DNA of 64,000 nucleotides from Pocillopora damicornis (Eukaryota): NCBI RefSeq assembly GCF_003704095.1, contig NW_020845583.1, positions 186,001 to 250,000 of the forward strand, read 5' to 3'. Shown piece by piece: positions 25,801 to 37,550 of this stretch (position 1 is its first letter; each line of letters starts with the position of its first letter). The notes under the pieces were generated by a model. It saw only the letters and a program-made list of their open reading frames with translations, ran no database searches and was not told where the DNA came from. The position numbers and the translations under genes were made by a program.

Positions 25801-26668
25801 CTAGTTTCATTTCAAAGTAACAAGACTGAAGGTTGAGATGTTAATAAGTCGTATGTTTTTTTAGAGTCTCTACACCAGTTCGAGGCTACAAGATAAATTG
25901 TGATGTTTTGTTTTGCGATGGGTCAGACTTTGACCAATTTATACTTTATACAATTAGAAAGTGTTTCTATTCTTAGTACTTTAGTACATCTGTTTCACTC
26001 CCCCTTCCCCAGTGATAAGGTCATTTGAACTAAAAACTGCACTTTTTCGTTTTAATATGGTGGTTGGTGTTAGTGCTTTGTTTCTTGTATAGACCCTCTT
26101 GAGAGTTAATTGAGATATCACGCGCGCTCCGCTTTGTCAAAACCTTGGATATAAGGATATAAAAAATGAGCAATATTTAAATAACTTTATTCAATTGTTT
26201 TTTTAGACAGACATTCTAATGATGAATTGCAGCCACTTAAAACATAATTTCCTATTTTTATGACTTAGTTTTGAAAATTCTGCCTGTCATCTTTCAAGTT
26301 TACTTGAGAAAATCCGATTTAATATTCTCTAGTTTGCTTACCTATGCTATTATTGAAATGCTATTTTTTCCTTAAACTATTCTCTAGTTTCATGAGTTTA
26401 TTTCATAATCACTCGCTCACTTCTAAAATTCGCAAATAAACTGAACTATTTTCTGGTAAACCTCTGTGGGGGCAATTGTATGGCGTGAAAACCAACAAAA
26501 GAATAAAGTATTCGCCTGAGCACATGCCTAAAATGGCTTTAAATTTTTTTATCAACAGGGTAATTTTTTAAAAAAACTGTGGTGCTGCGTCGGTGGGAGA
26601 GTATAGCAGGTGATTTAGTGTTAACAACTGAGTTGAAAACTTAAATTAGCCACCGTAAAGGGTAGAAA

Positions 26669-26705
26669 AGCTCACGTTTCGAGCGTTAGCTCTTCGTCAG
26701 AGCGA
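26669..26705 (-). ncRNA. Minimal type-I hammerhead ribozyme relic of Penelope-like element type
   Basis: Minus strand reads gct-CTGACGA-a-GAGC-taac-GCTC-GAAAC-GT-G-agc: conserved CUGANGA and GAAA boxes, stem II and a short stem I. The cleavage triplet is GUG rather than NUH. Confidence 0.65.
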
Positions 26706-26949
26706 TGTTGTCTCCAGGCCACATTACATTACAATCACATTACAGCAGACCGCAATTGTAAAACTTTGTTTTAGAATTTCGGGTGTCGTGCATTGGTAGT
26801 AATTATCAGAAAAATATTTTGAAGGCTTTCGTCATCCATTAAATCTTCAAGGTAGACGTTTAACCAGTTGTTTAGAGAATTTTTCATTCAGTGAGTAAAT
26901 AATGTTTATTAGCACGAGTTAACAAACCAATCAGAGTGTTTGGATCACC

Positions 26950-27222
26950 AATAGGGACCTTAAGCAGTCAGGACGGCAACGCCAAGGAAGACTTCGATTA
27001 AAAAAATGAAATTCTGCCTTTAGTTAGAATTAAAATTAATTTGCCGCCGCGGTTTCGGTTCGCAGACGACGCAAACTTCACGTCGTTGTTTTGCATGGGA
27101 CTGCTAAGAAATGTACAAAGCTTTAAAACAAACGTGCTGAGCTATTGTTCCGCCGATTAGATCTTTTGTTTTTCCATGTTCTCGTTGCCGTCGCTGTCGT
27201 GGTTTCCTTAAGGCCCCTATTA
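26950..27222. mobile_element. MITE (PIF/Harbinger-like)
   Basis: aatagggaccttaag...cttaaggcccctatt terminal inverted repeats with internal gacggcaacg/cgttgccgtc. Confidence 0.7.
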
Positions 27223-27440
27223 TTGTTGAAGGAGTATGAACGTGAACCATTCTCAACGTCTAGGGTTATTTGCACTTCTGGTGAAGTTTATTTACTCAGT
27301 CAAATTTTAATCCGGACTACACGTTTTACTTAAAAACATTGAAAGGTCCATCTAGGATTTGTGTTATTAATTTCAAATTCATTTGGACTTCTTTCACCGA
27401 TTAGTGCGACTTGTAATTCCTTTTTGGTATTTCCTCATTG

Positions 27441-27882
27441 AGAGGGGCATTGCGATTTTCTGTTTTGAGGTATTGGCTATTTTTTTAAATCGGTTTCTCG
27501 GTTTTTGTGCCAAAAAACTTTGGTGTTCATTTCGGTCTGCGGATTTTCCGTTTTTCAGCATTTGGTTTTCACTTTTCGTCAAAACTGCCGAATGGTTTTC
27601 GATTTTTCCTGATTGAGTTCCGGTTACTCTTCGATCTGAGCGGCAATTATGCGTCTCCACTGATCTCGAATAGTTGTGAAACCTTTGTACGCTCGAAATC
27701 TCTGTTTACACCACTTGCCACCACTGCATCGGATCGATTGATAACTGGGATGTGAAAAGTTATCGGTTTTGACGGTTCTGAATGCGGTTTTCGTTTTGAT
27801 CGAATTTTTTGGCGGTTTTGCGGTATAAATGATTTTTTCTACGCTGGGTTTTGTGGTTTCTAATAGACCTCAATGTCCCCCT
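27441..27882. mobile_element. MITE with 8-bp target-site duplication (hAT-like)
   Basis: Termini agaggggcattg / caatgtccccct; flanks cctcattg (27433-27440) and ccttattg (27883-27890); internal cggttt repeats. Confidence 0.7.
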
Positions 27883-28059
27883 CCTTATTGTGTTCACTTA
27901 CACTTCAGCTTTCATTCAACCGCACCTGGAAGGCTGTGTTTGCTCAGTTAATAGACAAGTCATCTCCATTTGAATGCTCTGAATAACCTCTATTTTAAGA
28001 CGTTTTGACATTTTTTTTTTTCGTTCTAGGTGAAAGAACAGCAACCGTCTCAGAGGTCC

Positions 28060-29845
28060 ATGACTAAAATGAAGACCTCATGCAGTCTTGTATTGGCCAT
28101 AATTTTCGCTGTATTTGTTATAGGTAGGTTTATCTATAGATTTGTATTATTGATTTAAGATTTAAATCTAATAATTTGAAATGTATTCATCATTAATTCT
28201 GCAGCTCTTTGTATCAACTTTGTAACTCTTTGATCTAAAAATCTATGTCGATAGACAAGCACTCATCACTTTCAGAATCACATTTCTTTGAAAGATATCG
28301 CATAAATCATTTTGCGGTGATGATTAAAAGAAAAAATTTCAGTTTTTAACTGAGATCAAAATCTCGGATACAAAGCGTAAACAATCGGTTGTCACAAATA
28401 TTTCAGACTAAATAGGCGTCTAGAAAATTATCGAATGAAAGTAATTGATAAATTTAAGTCTAGTCTTACATGCCATCTAGCCAAAAACCCTCTTAAAAAA
28501 TCGCTTTCTGGTCACGAGATTTTCAAAAAATTTTCAAATTTCTTAATTTCATACGTGGAATAATATGTTTGTCTTTTACTCTGCTGTCGATATGGATTCA
28601 GCTGGGCCGATAGATCATCGTAAAGTTCTCCAAGTGAACATTTAGCATTGAATACTTTTCATGTCAGCAGCAAACGAGAAAGATTCGGCCTGTTGTAAAT
28701 TTAAAGGAAATGGGAAATATTACTTTGCTTCTTGATACCAATTCTGGTTAGAGCTTTGAAGCGTTATCCTCAATTTCTCACAAATGACAAAATTTCTATG
28801 CATAACATTGTGAATTGATTTTATCAGCAGTTTTTCTGTTCACGAATTATGATAGAAAGATATGTTCATCCAGTCATGAAGCACAATGGCAAGTTAGAGG
28901 AAAGCTTCCAACAGAAACCTTCTGATTTTCCTCGCCACTATTTGAAAGGACACATACAGTGTTGAGATTTGACGTGTTTTGAGATTCGAAAGAGTAACCT
29001 GACTTTTCAACAATTGTCTTTAATGTGTCGGAGATTCTGAAACTTGCCTAGCAACCTGGCCGCCAACCTCTGGGGTCTGAAGTCAATTTGTCTCATTTTT
29101 TTCCGTTTTTTTTATCTTTTTGAACAATTAGGAGATAGACAGGATGGAATTCTCAACCCAAGTAATGAATATATTGTAGGTGGCGTATAGCGTTGTAAAC
29201 AAAGCTGAGAAAAAAGAAAGAAAGTAAAAATAGAAAGCGGCTTTCTGCGAGCTCTGCATTCAGGTTTCGTTGCGGCCAGGTTACCAAGTTTTGTAAAAAT
29301 CCTTTGTAAAATGGAGGTCACAGTCGATTATAGCACATTCCAAGACCATATTCGAACAGCCAGGTAACTCTGAAATTCCCAACCGTAGCAGTAACTTTGT
29401 ATATTTACTTTTCAATGATAAAGATATGAAGCATACCTCTCAGTTAAATAACGGTATTACGGAATGAGTATGCGCAACTTGAAGTTATTTGACTGCTCTA
29501 AATTAAATTTTGCAGATACGAACATACTCTTTAGCTCGTAATCTTTCATATGTCGATGAACGAATTTGTTCCATAAGCTTGTAGTTACATAGGTAAAATG
29601 GAAAAAGTTTATGAGAGGTTTTCATTTCGTTCCTCATACTAGGTTATACAAAAGGGCGGCCAGATTTCTGCAACCTTGACGCCGAAGGTGGTCGTTGTAT
29701 GGCATACCTGAGGAGGTATTACTTCGACCAAAATGCTGGCACTTGCAAAGAATTTATCTATGGCGGCTGTGAAGGCAACAGCAACAATTTTGAGTCACTG
29801 GCAGATTGTCAAAACACTTGTGGAATGAAGGAAACTCTGCGCTAA
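28060..29845 (+). CDS. Secreted single-domain Kunitz/BPTI peptide, 2 coding exons (28060-28123, 29643-29845), 88 aa (85 aa from the ATG at 28069)
   Basis: Signal peptide MKTSCSLVLAIIFAVFVIGYTKG split by a phase-1 intron. Mature RPDFCNLDAEGGRCMAYLRRYYFDQNAGTCKEFIYGGCEGNSNNFESLADCQNTCGMKETLR has six canonically spaced Cys and the FIYGGCxGNxNNF signature. Confidence 0.95.
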
Positions 29846-30840
29846 AGATGAAATAAGTTAAGCCTCATTGTGTAAAACGCTTTCTCCATCAAGCCTTCGA
29901 TGCCATTTTGTTCAGTTTTCAGACATATGTATCGTAGAACCGAGAGTACGAAAAGAAGTATTTTATCAGGACGGTAAACTTTGTTGAAGACTCAAGTAGT
30001 ATTGAGCGAATTTGGTTAAAATTTCACAGAATAGATAAATAAAATGTTGAATCATCGTGGTAATACTGCTTTTAACTTCGAAAGCAAAATCATTTTCGCT
30101 AATTATGCCAAGGCGAAACTTTTATTGAAAGGGAAAAGAACTACTGACAGGCATGTGTGCCTGTTTAGCATGAAAAGTGATGTTAGGCTTTTTAAAGAGA
30201 ACAAGCGTAAAATGGAAAAGGAAATCAATAGAAATACACATTTTCCGCGCAATCTTTTCGGAAACTACCCCAGCCCATCTCCTCTCCTCCTCGTCTCAAC
30301 CTCGTCTCGTAATTGTGTCATCTTCGTTTCAATCTCATAGTATCGAAGTCTTGTTCTTGCCTCGATAATGGCTACTCTATCTTTCGCGTTTCCCTCGTCT
30401 TATATTCGTCTCCTTTTCGGCATGGCTCCGTCTCAACTTCGCCTTGATCTCTTGTCGCCTCCATCCATGGTCTTCACTCGGTGGTACTTTAAACTTCAGT
30501 TTATGAGAAGCGAAAACCCTAGACGCACTGTGGCTCCTCCAAACCATCAAAGATTGATGGTTTGGACCATCAGAGCTTGTTTTTCATTATGAATAAGACA
30601 CGTTAGACTCAGTTAAGCGTGAATTTAATTTATCCTGAGGTGATAGCTTTGTACAGCATGAAATTGATGTTAACTAACAAATTATAATTCTGACTCTTGT
30701 AACTTAAACCCTCATCGTGCGACCGAACATCCTGAATAGTGATACTATTTAATTGTGAGATTTCTCATCGTCGTTTGTTCTGTAGTTGTTTTTGTTTCAT
30801 TTTAAATTTTTGTGTTCAAGGATGAAACTAAAGAACGGAT

Positions 30841-33800
30841 TTATTTGCGGTCCAGACATTTCACCACGGTGGAGTCGATTTCCAAGTAATCCAGCAGCCA
30901 ATCACAGTCTGGGCTGCAGCAAGAGTTAAAATCACGGGCTGAAATAAAAAAAAAAAAGATTCATCGTCATCAGTCTTACTGAGCTAACAGAATGTAAGGA
31001 TTCTGATTGGTTGACGTGAGTACCGATGAAATGTGATGCACTGTTATAAGAGTTAACAGCTTCTCTTCTCCCAAATGTTTTTTGTTTTTTTTTTTTGCGA
31101 AGTTTTTCATACAGCTACATATTAACATTTCTGTCGTTAGTTTTGAGTGTCTTTTAGTGTTTTTGTTTTTGTTGTTTTTAGGTCGTTAAGTCTCACAGAA
31201 TTTTTTCTCACATAGCAATAAAAAATGAGCAGATCTTACCATAGCTATTCCTCCTTCCGTAATCAGATTCTGCAAATGAAGTAGAAGAAGAAATGATTAG
31301 TGGAGGCTAAAAACTAAAACATGCAAGCTTATGAAAGACTATCGAACGGTGGGAATTAGACCCGAAATAAATTGAGTGGCTAGAAATGTGACATTCAATG
31401 TAATTTTGATTGAGGGTTGCTTCCTGCATAAAACTCTTTACTTAGTCTTGTAGTTAAACTAGATATTTCCCACCTGACGTTATTGAGTGACTAGTGGCTA
31501 TATCGGTAATTTAAATTGTCCCTTTTCTGTTCTTCAGAAATTCATAGAAATAGATAATCCTGAGATAGAAATTTGTCCACTCTGACCACGAAAAAAAATG
31601 GATGAGGAAATTATTTGGTCAAATGTATGGCCTTTTTGTTATCATAAGTCTGACCGGACTTTTCCGACCGATGAGAAGCGCCCTTAAATTAAAATTCATA
31701 AGCTCATTGCAACTGAGCAAAGTCCTTTGTACCTTTCATTTTAAACTCTCTTGCAAGCAAGTTTGAGGCACCTGCAATCAAAAAAAGGAAATGGTTAAAA
31801 ACCAGGAGAGCAGATACTAACAGAGTACGAAATAAAATTCGGCAAAATGGTCTTAGTGCCAGCCGAAGGGCCTGCGCACATTTACACCCAGGGGTAGAGT
31901 AAAGTACATGAAGGATGAGCCTTTCCAAAATTGAAGCCTCAGCTATCATGGTCACGACTTGACACAATCTAAGCAAACAAGATTCGAATCAATTGCCCCA
32001 AGAACTGTTCTGCGATCTGCATGATTTTTTGTGCCATTTAAGGTGAACTACTTACGTTTCTTGGTCACTGTACTACATGGAACGGATTTCAAATTGATGT
32101 GGTAGTGTTTCAAAAGTCCAAGCTCCTCGGCACAAGGCATTTCATTACGAGTTTCTGGAAAAAGCAAGAAACATGCATGGCAATTTGGAATAGAACTTGG
32201 CACTGTCTTCTAGGTAAATAATAAGAGTGGAAGTAATCTTTACAAAGTCAAAAACTCGTAAATGAAAGGAAAGGTCCAGTTTTAAATTTAGTAACATTCA
32301 CCTTAGCCTTCTTTTTAGTCTTTTTGTGGACAATGATGTCAAACAAAAACTTCATCCGTTCAACGTACCACACCTTAATTATACTCATATTCTTTTAGGT
32401 TAAAACCAACTGCTTTCGAATTATTAATTTTTGAAACTATTCCAAGCTCTCAAATCATTTTCAAAATTTTTAAGCTAATAAGAAAATAGTAATGCGTTAC
32501 AAAATCTTATCTTACCAAGCTCGTCTTCTTGTTCTCGTATATTCGCTCCTGTAATAAATCATAGAAAAGCAGATTGTTCAGGGCGTTACTTTTGCCAATC
32601 GGTTTTGCATTTGCAGTGCACATATGAAGTAAATGAAGAAATAATAAAGAAAAAAGGATTTAGAATTTTCTCCTCTCGGAATAAAATACGTTTAATTGGC
32701 GTTGTAAATCTTTAGGAAAGATTCAATGTGACAGAGTAATTAAAATAGCTTCATTAATGCGAAACCTGCCAATTTTTTATATTACCGAAGCTCGCTAACA
32801 AGGTGGACCTTCATTGTCCTTAAATCGGGTGCAATTCTTCTACTTATTCTTTCGTTCTGTCCCTCTGAATTAGAAAATAACTTTCATTCTTCAAGTAACA
32901 TACATTTGCTGAAGGAACTGAATATATCAGTCAAAGTTGAAACAACGCCTTAGAACCTTGTAAGCCTATAATCTGAAAGGAACAAAATCATGGAGACGAT
33001 GGAAGATTTTGCCATTTTTAAAAAGTAACTTGGTGGTGATATCTGAGGAAGTCTTTCACCTAATCCCTCAAAATTTTATGACAATAAATTTTCGTTCTCC
33101 CTCTAAACTGAGAAGAAATTGATAAGACATGATAGGCAAACTGCAACAGACTGAGAAGAAAATAAATTCACTTTGTCTTTGAATCAGGAAACAATAAATA
33201 AAAGTAAGTAAATGAAAATAAGTAAGTATTTTCACTAGTACTGACGTGTATCTTGCAGCCATTCACTTTCTATTAAATCTAGGGAAAATAATTATGGTTA
33301 GAATTAAAGTTACAGGGTTAGAGCGGGGAATTAAAGCTATATTTAGGTTGCCGTTAAATTCGGTTTCCTATAACTTACTACAAGGATTCATGATTGGCGA
33401 TAATTTAAACTTTACTATGATGTTAGCTATGTCAGTTGCCTATGCCATAGCCCGTCTTTTTGTTAGTTAGTTACCCACATTCACACTTGATTATAGAAAT
33501 TTCTCATATTACTTCGTAAGAAATTTCTAAGAGATGTAAAACTCCTCAGAGGATATATCAGTTTTAATTTACTGTAACTTTTGAGTAAAGAAAACTATTC
33601 CTACGCATGAAAACTCCCTATTCATAAATTTAATTCAAACTTTTTTGATGAATAAGGCATCAAAGCTTTTTTACCTCTAGAAAACCTTTTGCAGAGTTTG
33701 CTTTGAGTTGTGAATTTGCCGAGAAATGTGTAAATAACAGGTGCATTGGTGACCGGATTTTTGCAATTTATTACCTTTAATGAGTTCCAAAACAAAAAAC

Positions 33801-36800
33801 AAAAATATGGATTGATTTGCTTTCCAACTTTCGTCATATTTATATTTTTTCTCGGAAAAAGAAAAATTTTTCTAAGCCCTCTTGCTGCACAATGGTTTTG
33901 TTGAAACCTTTCCGAGACATTTTTGGTCCCTTTTGCATTAACATAAACAGTAAGTTTTATTCCAGACAAATCGACGTATCATTCGTATGGAAAGAACAAA
34001 TCATCAAAGAGGCTTCTAGATATAATAATAAAAAAAAGGATGGAAAAGATAATAATCGTTGACTTCAAATAAAAAGCATGAACAGTTAAGCTACATTTCT
34101 AATGAGTTATTAACCATGACATATAAGGAAATTAAAAAAAAGGCTCGAGCGGAAAAAAAGTTGTAGAAAATTCGTTTTGAAGCATTGAAATAACTTTTGT
34201 TTATATTGTAAAATGTGGCAAACACTTATGCTGTAAACATTAAGATCCACATCAGGAAATTTTGAAGCATCTGAAAGAACTTTAAGTCTGCATCTCTTCC
34301 ATAGATAAAACAAGTCGGAAAAGGGCGACGAATGCTCCTTTTCAAATTATATGTGCTTCCTGCGCGAGATAGAAAAGAGGTTGCTTTTTTTGTAAAAGCG
34401 TGGAATAAATGGAAAAGAGCTAGTCTTTAATCACAAACTCCGTCGCAATAGATTACCAACGAGGATGTCAATTAGGTAAAAAACTTTTATATGTAGTGAG
34501 CGGGGGAAAAAAATCAAGTGATTTCTCTTATAAATTTTGTTCTAGTTTTGGATTAAATAGTTGAAGTTTAAAGTCAGACATCTCATAATGCAGTGTTTTG
34601 TATTTCCTATTTCCAAAAATGCAATCAAGAAAACCGTGTCCGTAGTTGTGGCTTTTAAAACTGGGGAAGGCTAATTGCACTTCACACTCAAAGAACAGCG
34701 ACGGTGATAGTAAGGAGAAAATGTCTGTTATTTGGGTCAGAGTTAAAATAACTTGATACACAACAACTAATCCTGCATTGGTAAATCATGAATTATTAAA
34801 TATATGTTTGACGCCTTGCTATGATAAAGTTCGCTCACTCTTTTCCTCCAGTGTCTGAAAGAAATATTTTCTAAAGGTGGAAAAAATAGGTATTTGATAA
34901 ATTACCTCTAAACAATTATAACCAAGCTTGCCAAGTGTTAGGTTTTGCAATATCGTTATCGGAAATATTTCGTCATGTCATTTGTTTCTTTTCACGTGAG
35001 ACATCTCATAATCGAAGTAGAATTTTTTTCCGTTATTCTGTTCAGCTTGATATTTTCAACTTAAAATATTGAGTTTAGAGGCCTAAATGTTTTTCAGATC
35101 ACAAATTCCGGATTGTAATTTCAGTCGTACACCAAAATTATGTGTTAGGCTACGGAATTGTAACTCATGGCAGCTTTAGTTTAATTTAACAAGACGAAAC
35201 TTCCAAAAGATGAAAAATTAAATTTCGATGTTTTGAGGCATTTGTTATCTAAGCGGAAATTTAGGGCAAACTTTGGAGAGCTTTTGTTTTTTTATTTAAT
35301 GGAGAGGAAAAGATTTTCGGTTTTTTTTTTCTCTTTTCATTTAACCTCCAAAATAAAAGTAATTTTATGTACTTTAGGGATTTTGCAATTTCTGCCACTC
35401 TCTTTTTTACTTACATTTCACAGATGAAAGCAATAAAAGAGTAATGGAGAAAACTCAATAGAGTTCATTACTGAGAAATATTAAAATTTCATTTAGCCAA
35501 AACAGAGAGTAATAGGTTTCTGATCTTTTGTCTTTACTGATTTTCTAAAGAGATCTTACTTAGTCTCCAAACTGGAATGACGCCCAAGGCGGAAAAACAA
35601 TCGGTTAATGAAACGACGATTTAAAACTCTAGCCTAACAACCTCAAACTGTCTTCTTAAATTGCTTCTTTTTGATAAAGAACTCATCTGGAGCTCAAAGC
35701 TTGTTATGTTTGGGTTGCTTGGAGATCCGTATGTCATTGAAAACCAGGTCAAGCTCATCGTTCAAGATTCTCTCATCTTTCCGTCTTTTTGTTAAATTCT
35801 TTAAATCAGATTCAAAAGTGAGTTAAATTGGATTTCTGTAAGACGTTCAAGATGTTCGTAGTAGTTTAATGTATTTTTCTTTTAATTTTTCATTTCGTGT
35901 GAAACGCAAAGTAATTATTACTTGTTATTCGAAGCGTCACTGGAATGGATTTTTGCTCCGATATCGAAATTACCTTCGACCGAGATTACTCAAGGAATAT
36001 TTTTCTCTTTACTTAAGATATCTTAATTTGTCACATATAAGTTCTGCAATAATTCAAAATGTACATCAGCTGTCTAGTTTTTGTCTATCGTAGATCGCTT
36101 TTTAATTTTAAAGATAAACAAGGCAAAACGCGAAACTACAGTACAGTTCAGGCTTGGTCTGTAGAATTATAATTTATGTTCGCATAAAAGTAGAGACATA
36201 CATTTTGAACGGAAATTTAGCCGATGAAATTCTCTTAAAAGAATTGTTACGATTTAATCACTTCTTTAAATGGTATTTCACCCATTCGCTTATCATTTTT
36301 AGGAAGTATTTTGAAAAAGCTGTGGAATATTGGACTTAAATTTCTTCCAGTATAGCTCTTGTTTCTTGGAAATCTAACTAATTAAAAAATCTTATTTAAA
36401 TAATGCGCAGTTTTGTACGGGTCTCTAAAAACGTCTGAGCGTCATTTTCAATAGCTTCTCGCGTCTGTTTTAAGTACTGTATGCATTTAAATTGTTCCTC
36501 CAAATGCAATATTTGTGTTACGAAAAATTCATGTTCTCTATTAAGGAAAGATATTTGTCTCCCTCTTGTGGCCAACCATATCGTTATAGCTTTTTTCATA
36601 TTGAATAAAATTTAAATCGTGCTATTGGTGGGATTAAGGATAAAGATTAATGTTTCTCAAAATATTTCTGAAGTTAATATTTTTCTGGGAGTAGAAGGTT
36701 TTCAAAAGTCTCACCTCTATCGTCGCTTGGAAAAGAACCTGCGAAAGGAGTCAAAATGAAATTAAATTTAACAGCATGAGAAAAAAGAGATCACAAAACC

Positions 36801-37453
36801 TTAATAAGAAAATGGCGCCAATGATTTTTCAACCACGATATTGATGTATATTTGTAAAAATACCCTTGCTCTCAAATGATAAAGAAGCTGATTGAAATAT
36901 ATAAAAACGAATTGCGATTAGATTCAGGACTAAAAATTTGTGGTAGTCTTAGATTTGATTTAAAACTCGATAAAATGAATCTGATCCGTATAAGTGAGTC
37001 CCTTTTACTGTTTCCTATCTTATTCAGGCATGACTGGAAATTGAAGATTTCTTTTTCAATTTCAAAGCAATTTGTCAAGAAGTGGGACAGAGTAAAAGAA
37101 AAATAATCTTCTTTAAAACTTGTAAAAGAACGAAACTTGTTAGAAATGTGTAGCTGTTAAGCAGCCTATGAATATTTTTAATGTTCTTCTTATTTATTTC
37201 TCAATCATTCCAACTTAACAGTAATAAAATAAAAAGAAAGAATAATTCTCAAAAAACTAAAATTGCTTCGCAGATAAGTCTGTTTAAAAAAAGGCTTATT
37301 CGGAAAAACCAAAACAAAATTCAATAAAGATGGAAATGAAATGTTAAAAACGGAAAAAAAAAGAAAGTGAAAAGAATACTGATAACTAGCAGAAGACTCA
37401 CATGTAATTGCAAACAAAGCGGCGAATATCACTAAGAATGCAAGTTTCTCCAT
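30841..37453 (-). CDS. Secreted cysteine-containing prepropeptide built from micro-exons (37453-37402, 36738-36715, 32548-32516, 32154-32056, 31771-31733, 31269-31240, 30938-30841), about 124 aa
   Basis: TATA box, aaaaacATG start context and signal peptide. All introns are phase 1 GT-AG, and internal exons of 24/33/99/39/30 nt are all multiples of 3. Spliced product: MEKLAFLVIFAALFAITCSFPSDDRGANIREQEDELETRNEMPCAEELGLLKHYHINLKSVPCSTVTKKRASNLLAREFKMKESDYGRRNSYARDFNSCCSPDCDWLLDYLEIDSTVVKCLDRK*. The exon 5 donor (gtacaa) is weak and extra micro-exons are possible. Confidence 0.72.
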
Positions 37454-37543
37454 GTTTTTGTTAGCGGTCTTGTGCTTTGGACTCCTGGTGTTGTCAGTTC
37501 TGCGTTCCTTTGGCTTTTGTGGTGCGGTGTAATGTCACTCAGG

Positions 37544-37550
37544 TTTTATA
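37544..37550 (-). promoter_or_regulatory. TATA box of the prepropeptide gene
   Basis: TATAAAA on the minus strand about 90 nt upstream of the ATG at 37453, followed by an A/C-rich leader with no upstream ATG. Confidence 0.6.

Noticed and set aside
29643-29845. Kunitz peptide as a dendrotoxin-like blocker of the neighbouring K-filter channels
   Set aside because: The peptide is net acidic with no N-terminal Lys dyad, the inverted pore would put the filter on the cytoplasmic side, and proximity alone is not evidence.
32786-32864. Additional prepropeptide exon (EGQNERISRRIAPD...)
   Set aside because: Good acceptor, but the strong donor is phase 2 and breaks the frame. A 21-nt version needs a weak donor, so it was left out of the model.
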